A DNA stretch of 64,000 bases. It comes from Tubulanus polymorphus. Lineage: Eukaryota > Animalia > Nemertea. Location of the stretch: positions 1,302,001 through 1,366,000 of the forward strand of contig NC_134035.1 in assembly GCF_964204645.1 (NCBI RefSeq), in the 5' to 3' direction. The notes beneath the pieces were generated by a model. That model searched no databases and was not told where the DNA came from. It saw nothing but the letters and a program-made list of their open reading frames with translations. Each line of letters opens with the position of its first letter. Position 1 is the stretch's first letter. The translations under genes were made by a program, and so were the position numbers. This document shows, one piece after another, positions 49,655 to 63,732 of this stretch.

Positions 49655-52600
49655 TCAAACGATCAATGGTTTCCCGCGAGTTCGTTGCGTCGTCGTGTTA
49701 ACACTATTATTCGGACGACTTCGCCAAATTTTACGCTTCAAAGCGACCACCTGAAATATGAAGGAAAAACTCTAGAAACGTTTCACAACATTTCGTTTCC
49801 GAAGCCAAAGTCAAGAATGATATAGAAATGCCACGATTGATGGGAAATATCTTGTTAATTTTCTTACACAGGATGATGGCCACTTTTATTAGAGTTTTCT
49901 GCTGCTTTCTCCTAATTATTTTTCCGGAATAATTTCCTCATTTGCTTTGGTTAATTGATATTAGAATTATTGGATCAGGGAGTCGTTTGATGAAGTGTTT
50001 AATCTATTCATCTCCCCAAATGAATAAATAGTTTCTTGAATTACATGGATCAAATTGTTTATTCGACATTTGTTGAGTTTCAACAGAAACAACTATTGAA
50101 ACAACTTGACAACGCGCTGCGCGCTGTTTAATGCTTACCTGATTATTGCAGAACGTTAAAATTGAGACTAGGATGAGAAAGGCGACGGCGACATACATCA
50201 AATTACGAAGCCACTTGCGATCGCGTTTCCTGAAATATAATGAGAATATTTATTCCAATTCACATCGAGAACAAGGCCGCTGCGGAGAAACAAGGTATCA
50301 TTTTTCTTTAGCCTTAAAACTGGCCTTCAAAACATCCAAACCGCGGGGAAAAACTTCTTCACATACGAATAAATCATGAATTGACGAATAGATTTACAAC
50401 TAATCTTCCGAATGTGGAGGTGCCGTGTAAACAGGTAGAACTCGTAGGTCAACTGATTATATCAGAATTATGAATTCCTACTAGTGCATAGTAGCTTCAT
50501 CGGGTCATAAGTTAAAACAGTTGCTACCACCCTTCTTCACCAGAAATATTTCTAGAATTTTTAAATTAACTTTTCAGTCTTTCAACAATTGTCGGATTTC
50601 ACATTCATTGTTTCATCGTATTGCAATCTTACCATTGTTGCAGTTCATCCATGTGTAGAAATCGATTGCGATAAGACGAACCGATTTCGAATTGCGACCG
50701 AACCGGAAACAACGACTCGTAAAAATCGTGTAAAACTGCTTTCACCTGAAATAGAAATTTGAATTCGTAACGAGTGCTAAATCTTAAATCAAAATGTGTA
50801 ATACTCAATTGTAGTGAGAGGGGAAAATAACACAATATCCGTGTACGATGAATATATGTCAGAAATCCCACAATAAATTCAGCTAAAACGAGAAACTTGA
50901 ATAGAAAGTATTTATATTTGCGCAATTGTAGTGCTCGGTTTAAGTCAGGGATTAATTTAGAGAATGGTCTGGGGTCCGGACCTCTACTTTCCCATTCAGG
51001 CTCCCCTTTTGTCATGACAAAGATCTTTATAACCTGTAAATTTGATTTCTGTAATTTTGATATCTAACAACGAGGGTGGAATCCCGATAATAGCCCCTAG
51101 ATGATGCCCTGTACGCCTTAGGTAAGTGGCCACCCTAGATTGAATTCTACACTGGCATATTTGTCATGGCGTACTTGCTGTTATTGTATGCAGTGGGCCT
51201 ATAGAGACTACTGCGGAACAGAGCCTTGATTCTATTCTCGTTCAACTCACTTACCGTCTGAGCACCTTCCGTACCATGTTTAATATTGTCATTTAAACAT
51301 ATAAACTTTCTGCAAAATTGAAAAATGGAATTTTTTTTCATTTCAAAACGATAGCTTTAAATGAGGAAATATGTGTAAAAGCGTACGATCATACTTCGGA
51401 TTTTTACGAATGTCGTCCAACTGAGTTATGACCTTCGATACGTTCGAATGAATCATTTTAAATGCGTTCTCGGAATCATCTAAAATCTCATATCTGAAAT
51501 TCAAAAGCATATGTAACGCTACGAAAGGGGACCCGGTTTCACAGTTCTGGGTCGAGTAGGTATAGACGAAAATGTGAATAGGGAAAATATAGGCGTAAAC
51601 CGCGTTGCCACACTTTACAAACACTTACTGATATTGATTTTCAGTGAGGAAACTCTTACTCATTAAATCAATCAATGGTTCGCAGTAAAGCACGATAGAT
51701 AAGGTCACTTGAGGCTAAAAACAGATACCGGTACAAAATACAACAAATTATCATGGAGTGCTTATCCCAGGATGCAGATTAGGAGGTCCTTAAGTTGTCT
51801 TAAGATGCAGACTGGCAGTAGCTGTCCCAGAAACAGACTACCGGTAGCAGTAACTGTGTGGTAGGATGCCGACTAGGGTCAACCATCCTAAGACACAAAC
51901 TCAGACCTAAAATCGTTGATCGTAGTAGTTTTTGCCAAAAATAAAGGTAATCTGACATCAAAAATAGTAGTTTAACTGAAAATGAACTAGAAATCATTCT
52001 GATTTTTAGTGTATTTTGATATTTTTGGTATCAGTTGAGCTTTTCAAGAGAGTAGAAACTGTAAAAGACAAGGATTTACTAAAGCATGAATGCCATTAAT
52101 CACTGATTCATAGATCGAATTCATATTCACCAGGTTTTTGTCGTAATATTCCTCTCTATATTCAGACGGCACATAGTTCGAACGTCCGGTCTGATTCAAC
52201 TGCGACTGAGAACACGTTTTTATTATCGACTCCATCGACGTTAACTTCTAATAAATACAAATAAACAAACATCGGGTTTTACTTGAACAGATGAAAAAAT
52301 AATTTCATATACTACTGGGATGATGTAGTTAACTATCTGTATAACTGCAGTTAACTTCCCTTACTCGATGGCTTGGCGACGGTAGATATTTTACTGAGTT
52401 GAGCTATAAACTGGATAGCGCATTAAGAATCAATGAAATACGTAGGTTTTCGGAAGTTAAATTCCCCCAAACATGAGTGAGATTAACCATGTTGGCAAAT
52501 AACGGAGTAAGGAGGGCTACTGTAGTTAAAACCAATCCAAGTCCAATTCCACAGTCCAGTTTGTGAGTTAAGAGTTAGTTAAGAGTTAACTCTTGAGTTT

Positions 52601-55600
52601 AAATTACTGGTAGTTCATTTTCGATGAGTTAACTCACAACTTGATCCTGGAACTTGATCAACTTGGAACTGGATCCTGGGGGCCAGTTATCTTTAATCAG
52701 TTTTTGAGCAAATGGCCCTAGGTTGATACATTAAGGAATTATAGCATACATGTACCAAGTATTTTGAACTTACCGTCGAATCAAGGGGCAGTTCGTATAA
52801 TTTTGTTGCTAATGTTCGCAATTCTCGATCGGACAAAACTCTGCGTGATAAAATATGGTTTTTAAGATACTGAAATTTGACTTCCAGAGTCGCAGTAGTT
52901 TAAACAAGAATGCGGCGTTTATTTACCCGGAATGGTCTGTATCCATGTCGCGGAAAATCTTATTGACCGTCAGATTTTTCGGTTGACTCATTAGAAAGTA
53001 GAAATAAGCGAACGAATATTGCATGTCACGCGACGTGCGAACTCGATGCGACGACGTCTCCGCCCAATCTGCTGCAAATCTGGAAATACAAACATCATCA
53101 AACAATCATCTATAAACTGAATTTGAAGATTTGCTTTCCATTTCAACTAAATGCAATTGTCATGAAACTTGAACTCAATACCAACTAGAATGGAGGGGCA
53201 AGAAATTGAAAGTAACCAACATATTGCATACTTAATAAACAGAGAGTTTACTTAATTGTTCACTGACTTAAAAATTGTTGGTGCAAGTTCAGAATAGCTC
53301 AACTCTCAGTAACACCTTAGTTTCATAGAAAAGAAATACATCAAGAATTGCAGGCCGTATCGTGCTAACAAGAAATTCTAGATGGCTGTCCTGGCAGCCA
53401 TATTTTCATTAGGGGTGGAATCTCTGCTCCAATCACTAAGATTCATGGAAATCCAACTAGAAAAGCAACAATTCTTAAGAAATTTCAACTTTCCTTTAGA
53501 CCAATTGTCAATAAGAATTAGGCATACCAAACACTCTGACTAGAGAACATATTCATTTAACGCCTCATATGTTCAACAAATAAAGATGAGAATTGAATAC
53601 TAACTGTTTCTGTAACGCTGTCATCACGTGTCTGTCAATCATATGCGGCATGTGGGCGGGAACTTTACGATTCGTATAACCGAACGCTTTGTTGTAGACT
53701 TTGTTGACGTGTCGCAGTGAATCGGCGTACGTATCCAGTAACCTACGTCTGCCTCCTACTCTTTTCATCTCATACGCAGCTCGCCGGTTTTCAAACAACT
53801 CTTTTTTCTGCGGAAAGCAAAAATAGAAAGCAACTTTTATTTGACTTCCCTATTCCCTGAAATGCGCGTTATTTTCCCTGATATGACTGGATCTACCAAG
53901 AATCCGATCAATTAACACAGTAAAACATGTAAAACAGACGGAAACTGTTGATTTTTTAAACTGTCCTCAACAAATTAACCTGACTTTTCCCTGATTTTTA
54001 GCTTTTTACAAAATTCCCTGATATTTCCCTGATTTTTTTAAAGAAAAGAACATTCCCTGATATTTCCCTGATTTCCTTGAAATTCTAGACTCTAGTATTG
54101 AGCAACACGGCTAATACAGCCCGGATCCACGCCTCGTTCAACCAGATCCTTTAAATTAATATAACTGATTTACCTGTTGTAGCTGATCGAATACATGTCG
54201 TCTCTCCCACGGTAGAAATCCACTCTCATCAAAACTGTTCAATTTCCGCATCGACGCTTTTCCCACGCTGCTTGCATTCGAAGACCGCGGTACAGCTTTA
54301 TCAACGTGTTCGTCGATTTTCTGCGTTTCGCTCGAATCTAATTTTTCTACTTTCATATTGGGTAAATCAACAGGACCATCTTTCGTTCGATTCTGTAAAC
54401 CATCTGCCGCCTCAACGACCTCATTTCCTTTTCGAAGTTTACCAACATCTTCTTGCTGAGGCGCCTTCTTACTTTCAACTAACTTTTCATCATCGGCATT
54501 ATCCCGCAACACCTCATCTTTAACTTCGTTTTCTTGCTCGAGAATTTTAATCTTATTTCGCTCGACGTCTTTAAAATACTGCCTGAATTTATCGTCGTTG
54601 ACCGCGACGGAATCGCGTAGATTCCCTTCTTTCGACGATGAATTTTTCACCAGTGTCGTCGAATTCTTAGATGTCGCTGGTTTTAGCTCAGGTTGCTTGC
54701 CGACCTTTTTCAAATCGCTCACAAACAACGTCCAAAGTTCGTTAGCCTTCTTTTGATAGCCTTGTTTTGTCAATACATCTGAAAAAGAGCGCATGAATAT
54801 AACCTAATCTTTCATAATTTCAATATCCAAAAACGAAAAAAATTTTGATCATGTACCATTTTTGAGATCATCGCGAAGATCGTTGAATTTCTGTTGAACA
54901 GTCGGAGGTAGCTGGTACGAGTCTAGATCAGCTGGAACTGGTACTATATCCAAAACTGCTTTCCTGGAACGTGGCTGAGCTTTTCTACAAATAAAAATAG
55001 ACTGCAGTATTTCCACAGTTGTCAGGAAAATAAACTTATTTCTGCAATCTAATAGAGAGAGTCTGTCGAACTGTGGATCCAGGAGAGTATTATGTGGAAC
55101 TGTGGATCCAGGAAAGTATGTGGAACCAGGAGAGTATGTGGAACCAAGTCGTAGTATGTTGAATTGATGGTAATCCTACCTATTAGATATTGGAATGTCC
55201 GTAAATTTAAACTCCTCCGATGTGTTCACAGGTAATTTCACAGCAATCTTAATTGTGGGTTTCTTAGTAACCGGTGCAGCAGTCGCAGGCTTCACCTTAG
55301 TATTGGCATTGATCGTCAGTTTCACCTAGAAAATAGTACGGAAACACTACAAGCTAACCTGGCAGATCCAAACTAACTGGAATCCTCAATGGCTAAAGAA
55401 GAATGGAAAGCTGGAGTGGATTGAGGGGCAAATTCTGAAGAACTTGGTAGATACCGAAAGGGCACTTGACAGAATGAAAAGGGCACTTAATAAATTTGAT
55501 GGACTTGCACAAGTCTCACAAGTCCCTGGATGCAGCCCTGTAAAAGCACCTCATCACATTCAGATACTAAAGTGACCGTAAGTGTCTCAGATACTTACAA

Positions 55601-58600
55601 CTAAATCTTTTCCCTGCTCATTTTTACCGTTGAATTCAAACGGTAGTTTTACGTCGGTGTAGTTCTCGTGAAGCAGAACGTGGAATGTTTTATGTTTTTG
55701 AGTCAGCGTCGCCGAACGAATCATCTCCGATTCGTTATACTTGCCGACATTAATCGTTCCGTTCGTTCCGAACAGCGACGACAGGTCGATCACAGCGACC
55801 ATTTCACCCGGCGGGAATATCAGCGTGGTTGGGTTCGTCGAGACGTTCGCGCGATATAACTGGTCGAAGTTCGAAGTGCCGCAATCACCGGCGTCGAATC
55901 CGCACGATCTAACGTTACAAGCCTGAAAAATATCATAGGTAACATTTTCGTGAAAAGGTAGATTCTCCGAAATATGAATAGCGAACATTTCTATCAGGTT
56001 AACAGATTACACTATTGCTAGGTAGAGTGTAGAAGAGAATTCTAGAATTGGTAGAGACCAATCGAAACTGGCGAAGAAACACTTGCTATTCAATCTTATG
56101 TTTCTTAGTAAAGAAGGATGGTCTGTAATATGAATAGTGCTTTTTATAGATGACAGAAGAGATACACACTAGCAGACTTTTTGAAATATGCCAATAGTAG
56201 TGAAGTAGTGATCCTTAGACAGGGTCCGATCTAAGGAATGAAAGCCACTTGCCCGGGGTGGGGGGGGGGGGTGCAAGCATATTTGAAATTTTGCTTGCAC
56301 CCTCCAAAAGCTACTTGCCCTACACAGGCAGTCCGAGTGGGAAAAAAGCTTTGTGACATAAAATTGCACTAGCTGGGGGGGGACAAGTGATAATGACAAC
56401 CTACTTGCCCTGATGAGAATATACTTGTCCCGGGCAATCGGACAAGTGCTTAAATCAGACCCTGGTAGATGTAGAATTCGTGAAAGGCAGATAAATTTGC
56501 GCGCAGGAATAGTTGGTTGAATAGAATATACGTACCTGATCGCAATATTTATCAGCCAACCAGTTATTAGCACATCCAGATGTACAATACACTACGAATA
56601 TAGCAAATATAAACGGAGAGATAGAGAGTGCAGATAATCAGAGCAAAATTGTTCAGCATTTTTGAAGTGTGCTGACAAGATGATATTCCTTTTCTATTGA
56701 CCTTATTGATATTGACATTGTCAAAATATTTTTGATTAAGGCAATAAACAGTTGATAATCAGCAAAACCTGCAGTTGATGATATAAACAGTTTATTCTGA
56801 TAGTTTGGAAGTTAAACTGTCATATTCGTTTCTGTAATGAAGTTTAGTCAAAACTTCGAAACTGTCTGGATAAACTGTTATATCAACATCTGTGGGTTTC
56901 GCTCATTAGGTTTGAAATACTGAAATACTTGATATCAGTCTACCAGTCAAATAAACAGTTAAGTATAAATACATGTAGCTGAATAAGCAGTTAGTTCACA
57001 CTGAGATAACGTAGATAGCTGTGACCGGCATCAACTCACTTTTTTGAGCCGCGTGGGCCCAGTTCTGCCCGAAACCGCCCGCGCCGATGTGTTGACCGAT
57101 GAGTCCGGTACCCGGCTTGTTACCGAGGCAATCTCCGCCGTCCCAATCGCAGTCCGACGTGTTACACGACTTGTCGCAGTATCCGTCGCGGATCCAGTTC
57201 GCCGGACATCCGTCGTGACAATTCGGAACCGGCCACGTCAGGTATACCTACAAATACACATTGTTTCATTAGTCATCCATACAATGTAAAAAGGTAATGT
57301 AGACCTCGATGAGTATTTTATCAATTCTATGAAATCTTGGAAAAAGTTTTTAATGAATGACTCCTAGTGACCTCAAACACCCATAAATAGACTGAAGATA
57401 TTCTCAGCGGTAACTGTTTGTTGTCAAGAGGTTCTTCGTGCAAATCATCAAGAGGAAGAACAAGACACAAAATATCTCCAAGACACAAAGACACAGAAGT
57501 TCCCCGAGATTTTCCCTGATTTATAACAGATCAGTCAGAATTCTCCCGTAAGAATCTGTAAGAACCCTGCAACCTCAAGAACAAGACACAAAAAAATTTC
57601 CCTAAGACTTTTCCGTGATCTTTAGCAGAATAAATCCCCCGTAAGAATCCGTAAGAACCCTGAAACCTCGGTACTCATACCTTTTGTCCGCGAGCTTGCG
57701 TATAGAAATCATCAGGCCACACTTCCTTACCGAACAACACGTCGTCGTTCATGTAGATGAATTTATCGGATAATCCGGGAATCCGATGAATATGACTCTC
57801 GATCGCCGGTGAACTGAACGTCGGTAAATGACTACGATTGGTGAATATCTCCTGAAATAAAATAATATCAACGCAAAGTGTAAGCAGCATAGTAGCTTCA
57901 GTTTTCACAGGGTGCTGCCGCTTTCATGTGACATGCCTTTTCCCCCTGACTCCCTGACACGCATGTTGTTTTCCCTGACTAAGTCAGACTTGATCTGCTA
58001 AGAATCCAATCAATCAACTGTGTCAAATATGTAAACTATAGACAGTAACTGTTTGATTTCAAGCACCATCTAGCGATCTCAACAAATTTCCCTGACTTTT
58101 CTCTGATTTTTAGCTTTTTTTTATGAAATTCCCAGACTTTTTTAAGAAAAGAAATCTCCCTGACATTTCCTTCAAGTGGCCACCCTATTAAAGCTAAAAT
58201 AGATAAACAAAACTAGTATGAAGACTAAGGTGAGGCATCTTACCCCTTAAAATATATACACCCTTGAAGGAAGCTGCCTACCTCATGCGTAATCAAACTG
58301 ATTCGTGGATTCTCCAAGTCTAACCAGTACGGTATCTGACCGTTCGTAACGATGTAAATATGTCGAACCCACGGCGCGAATTTCTCCACGGATCGCAGCG
58401 AATATCGCAATTCCTGTAAACAAACAGATACAACACGTCATACCGTATTGTTATATCAAGAATGACGCTTCATCGAAATCATTACTCACTTCATTGTCTT
58501 CAAAACGATGCGACGCGATATCATCGGAAACAGCATTCTAAACAAATATTCAAATACAATTATTTAATACAGTAATAATACTACAGTAACAATACGCTTA

Positions 58601-61600
58601 ATTCAGTTCATTTTTTGATTTGATCAAAATATGGTTAAAACTGATCTGAATTAAGTTAAGTGGGGGTCGACTGTAGAAACAAATTAGGACAAGGATCCAC
58701 GAAGTTATTGCAGACCTGACAGTGTGACTACCCGATATCTTAAATTGTAGTAGTTTTCACAAATATGACCTCAATAAAAGTAGTTAAATTGAAAATGAAC
58801 TAGAAATTATTCTAATTTTTAGTGTATTTTGACATTTTTTGAAGTAATTAAGCTCTAAACGAGTGGAAACTACTCTCAAATAGTGGTCATAGTCAGGTTT
58901 GTCATTGGTTTAGAGTTGAACTATTTCAACTCAAAACACACCTTACCTATGATTTGGGAAATATCTCGCCCAGTTCTTTATTGCTTACCGTCTGTAGTTC
59001 CCACACCAAATTAGCCGCGTTCATAGTCGGTTGTTTTCCGTCAATCGTGAAGTTGCGATCGTCTAAAATTGTGTTCAGATCGGTTTTCTTCGCGATATAA
59101 AGTAACGAAACTCCTTTCTCTACAACCATTTCAACCTGTCAAATAATGAATATCTTAATGTTTTAGAAATCTCCAACTGAAACAGTTCATTCACATACAC
59201 TTATATCTATCTCAACTATAGCCCTTATGACGATATCAACTTGAAGTATTGCCAAAAGGCCTTCATCGAATGAGGTAGCATCGAGACGCTGTTAAATCAA
59301 ATAATTCAAGATTAACAATATATCTCCAAACAAAGGAAACATATTGTTAAACACTCAAATAACTAGGCCACACGATGTCCTCTCTAGCAAAGTTGAAATA
59401 GACATTGCAATAAATGACCAATTCACAAATCTTCATGTGTATACCTCAGTAATGCTGTCTTTATATTTTTTCGGTAGTTTTTCGCGTAGTTGTTCAGTGT
59501 TGTATTTATTTTGAAGGTCGGACATCATGATTATATCGTGCAGCAGGAAACTATGACGAACCGTCCAATCACTAGTCTACAGAAAAATAAATTACATGGT
59601 TGAGAGTTCGGTTCACTGAAAATTCATAACATCACCAGTTATAAATCTAAATGTCAACAGTTTATTGACACAAATATTTTCGGGATCATTTTCCCCTCAT
59701 CAGGTCACATACCAATCAAATAGATAGAACTACAGATTTATATAGATTAAGGGTTATTACCAACAAGCGCTTGAATAACAATATTTGAATACATTAAGGA
59801 TTGGTTTAGTCAGGACTTTATAGAGCTTTAATAAACAGGGACTCAGTAATTCTATAATCCAAGGCATAGGAGCCTTTGTCTAAAATTTTGAAAATACTAA
59901 GATTAAATGCTATCATGAGACTGATGAATCACATTACTCCCAAACAGGAATTTTAACCTGATGGCAATATTGAGACTACGCCACGTTCCTCCCTCACAGG
60001 GATTCGAACCTGATGACATCATGAGACTCTGCCTCACATTCCCTCCTCAGAGAGACTGAATGCTATCATGAGACCCTTCCACACATTCCCCCCTCACAGA
60101 GACTGAATGCTATCATGAGACCCTTCCACACATTCCCCCCTCACAGAGACTGAATGCTATCATGAGACCCTTCCACACATTCCCCCCTCACAGAGACTGA
60201 ATGCTATCATGAGACCCTTCCACACATTCCCCCCTCACAGAGACTGAATGCTATCATGAGACCCTTCCACACATTCCCCCCTCACAGAGACTGAATGCTA
60301 TCATGAGACCCTTCCACACATTCCCCCCTCACAGAGACTGAATGCTATCATGAGACCCTTCCACACATTCCCCCCTCACAGAGACTGAATGCTATCATGA
60401 GACCCTTCCACACATTCCCCCCTCACAGAGACTGAATGCTATCATGAGACCCTTCCACACATTCCCCCTCACAGGAATTACAACACCTGATGCCCCCTGA
60501 AGCAGTACTTACTAAAAATGCGCGTTTGATTGTGTGATTTTTTCCATTCAGTATAATTGAACTGAGTTTCAATAATTCATTCACTACAAAATTAAAACGC
60601 AGCATCATAAAAACCAGTGAAATATGATCGAGTCAAAATCAGACGAATTCTAAAACAACTGCTACCGACCGTCATCGAAATTTTTGAAAGAGACGACTGA
60701 ATTGTTGCCGACGTCTTCGCGATTCGCGGCGAAAACACTCGTCGATCCGTGAAACAGTCCGTGAAACGTTGCCAGTTTCTTGGCGTCGACGCCGGAGTCG
60801 AGATTCGGGTGAAGTACGATCATCTTAGCGGGAACGCATTGAGTGAATTTACATCGATCTTCTTCGCTCTTCGGCGTTTGAGTCCTACATACAGATAAAG
60901 AGATTGTAACCTGATGAATAACTGTTTGTGAAAGCAAAACCCCAATCTGGAGAAAAAAACAATTATCTAACTCTTTCAGTGCGTCTACCGGTACACGCAT
61001 GATGATGTAATACACTGCTTTTGCACTGATTTATAATAAATCAGTGAGGGACTTTGCTAGTACACCAAATTACGGTGTATTGATGTTATTAGTATTTAGT
61101 TTTTATCAAACAGTGAAATATTAGTAACTAGTAGTGATACACCGCACTATGGTGTAGACGCATCATAGAGGTATGTCGTTTTTCAACACACTGGGGTGGA
61201 ATATTTTTTTGGATTTTTATTATCTCCAGCATATTAGGGTTTTTTACCCCTTCAATTTTGATTGCCTGAATTTTAGGTTATTTAAGGAATTTAAGAACCC
61301 GTGGGGAAACCCTGATTCTGCACTAGGCAACAAACATTGTTCGAAGCTATGATCGGAACTTCATCGGTACGTTGAATAAAATCCAGACCAATTACTATTT
61401 GGGCGGACTCTGTTTTATTATACGCACGTAGTTTCATTCACCTCGCGTTCGAGGTCGTGTTGAAGTTTTCGTAATTCGGCCAACAATCGCGGATCCGTAC
61501 CGTTTACCCACGTGTATACTATATCTATAGGAACCGGAAGACATAGTCTGAAACAAAAACCAAGATACGTCTTTTAGTTAATTATTTCATAGCCAGCTTC

Positions 61601-62939
61601 CGACACCGATATCAAATAAATGAATTACCCATATTCATTTTAGGCCTATGTATAAAGCCATAAGGGTTGAGATTAGACAAAATCCAAAACAGTCTTACAA
61701 TTTACTAGGTCTACTAGTTAATGAGTTCATCCTGGAGCTTTTCAGGACTAAGGAACAAAATAAATTTGGCATCTAGTTCGAAGTGGCCTAGGCATGAATT
61801 TTTTTGAAACGATCTTCGTGACTTGCCGCGTAAATCTGAACTCAGCTATCATATAGGTGAATTATCAACATGTTTATTTTAGGCCTATGCTGAAAGCTCA
61901 ATTTTTTTTAGAGGTTTAAGTTCAGACTGCACTGGTCAATAGGTCCTAAAGGCTTAGGCTTAAATCTAGAACTGATCAATGAAAAAAGCTTCAGATTCAG
62001 AAATCAGAACTGTACATATGTTTACTAATATAAGGCCTAAGTTCACATCCTTTGAGCAAACCAATACAAATCTGATCATATGACAGACTTGCTTTGTGCC
62101 ATACAACGATACATGTAACATGGTAACATCTGGAGCAGTATCGAAATTCAATTAACTACACTTGGATTCATGATACAATTCACGACAATACAAAGAACCA
62201 CAGTTTTCAATTTTTACAATCTTCTAATATATAATAATTGTAACAACGCCGCGTAAGGAGTTTTAAATGCGTTAAATATTAATTATACCTTTTCTGGAAT
62301 GATTTTCCGAGAATGTTATCACTGAATGAATTAAATACAGCTGCGTATTTATCACGACTCCATTCAATCGTCATCTACAAAATATATATACATATATATA
62401 TATATACAATTACTTAAACACTATATGTAAACAGGCAGATTTTATAGTATTGTCGACGTGGCAGGCCTACAAGCCACCTGACAGTCTTATCAGATTTGTA
62501 CAGGCTGCTTCTGTAATTGTAGTACTGCTTGTTTTGAAGTGAGATATTTTGCCACCTTTAATAAACCTGAATCATTCAGAATGGAATTAACAAGTGCACA
62601 TCTGTATTTCCAGCAGACAAGAGGGGAAGGACGCCTCAAATAAAATTCAATAAAGTCCATGTTTCTCTCTTCAATTCTGCCTGGTTCTGCCATTGACATT
62701 CTCTACCACTAAATCAACCCCTGTTATCATGAACCCTCTGCTGAGCGACAGCGAACCCGTAAATCTCAAGTCAATATCGAAATATAATTAATTGAATTTA
62801 TGTTGACATTTACCTCTCCGAATTGAAATGCCGAGATAAGAAGAATGAATAAACCGACAATCACCACAAATATACCATAACGATGAGATAATACATCGTA
62901 GGTTTGTCTCTGCAAAAGTTTGCACAATGTCGAATACAT
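49655..62939 (-). CDS. GNPTAB: N-acetylglucosamine-1-phosphotransferase subunits alpha/beta precursor
   Basis: About 26 exons. Exon 1 (62939-62814) [22 protein letters not shown]...SAFQFGE matches the known N-terminus. Stealth CR1 [13 protein letters not shown] (61547-61428); CR2 [32 protein letters not shown] and [26 protein letters not shown]; two LNR repeats (57247-55900); S1P site RRLL|DTYADSL; CR3 [11 protein letters not shown]; EF-hand DTDHSGVLSDRE; CR4 KFICLNDNI; C-terminal TM exon 50229-50139; last exon 49750-49655. Confidence 0.97.
56220..56464. mobile_element. CAGGGTCCGATCTAAG-TIR element in a GNPTAB intron
   Basis: Reverse-oriented homolog of 33635-34006. Confidence 0.85.
57908..58186. 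mobile_element. CAGGGTG-terminated TTCCCTGAC-rich MITE-like element in a GNPTAB intron
   Basis: Homologous to 9451-9725, with termini cagggtg...gtggccaccct. Confidence 0.75.
59905..60495. repeat. 47-bp minisatellite (9 near-perfect copies, 60050-60475) with diverged SINE-like flanking units
   Basis: tgctatcatgagacccttccacacattcccccctcacagagactgaa recurs at 60061, 60108, 60155 ... 60437. Confidence 0.95.
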
Positions 62940-63622
62940 AATTGCGTCCAATTTTCCGAATTTTGGTTAGAAAAATGCAAAAAGCCGACGACTCCACGTA
63001 AACGTCATGGGCGCTGCCATGTTGGATTCGCCTCCAATGTTGGGTTCGAATCCCAGCGAATCGTCGGGCCGCGCTGGACGATCCGGCGCGCAGTTTACTA
63101 GCTTTAGAGCGGTTACAAGAGTGACTTATTAACAGCACGTGTGAGATAATCCCCTTCCTTAATCCTTCGACCAAATTTCGTAATTAGTGATTTTTAACGG
63201 CGAAAAACCAAAGTTGACACGAACACCTGAAAATGTTATGAAACTTATTACCAGCTGACCACTTTCACCTTTTCAAATTGGAAAGAAACTTTTCACCTGT
63301 ATGAGTGCAATAATAAGCCACAACGCCAAATAAAACCCTTCCGAACAGAAATGATAAATTAAAATTCGAGATTTGAGTTTTATCAAATTTATTTCGACAA
63401 TATCAACAATCATTCATAAATGATTTATCTTTTCATTTGCACAAAATAACCTAAAAGTCAACGGATTCTATATAAGTATTTCAACAACAATCTGTTGGAC
63501 TCATTTCATAACGGTTTTATTTCCGTGTTTCTAATAACGTTCCCAATGATTACAATTATTCAAAATAACTGAGCACAAAAAATAGTCGTCCTTGCATCGA
63601 GATATTTCTGAATTAGATTCCG

Positions 63623-63732
63623 GGACCCAGTTCCACAGTTGTGAGTTAGAGTTAACTCTGAGTTAAAGTTAGTTCATTTTCAATGTTTTAAACCAGGGTC
63701 GAATCTTAACTCAGAACTGTGGAACTGGGTCC
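63623..63732. mobile_element. 110-bp MITE with TIRs GGACCCAGTTCCACAGTT
   Basis: ggacccagttccacagtt...aactgtggaactgggtcc is a perfect 18-bp TIR. Homologous to 40756-40862. Confidence 0.9.

Noticed and set aside
60050-60475. CRISPR-like regular repeat
   Set aside because: Units are contiguous and identical with no unique spacers, there are no cas genes, and it lies in a eukaryotic intron.
63000-63070. tRNA gene
   Set aside because: Only a T-arm/B-box is present; no acceptor stem, D-arm or anticodon arm could be folded.
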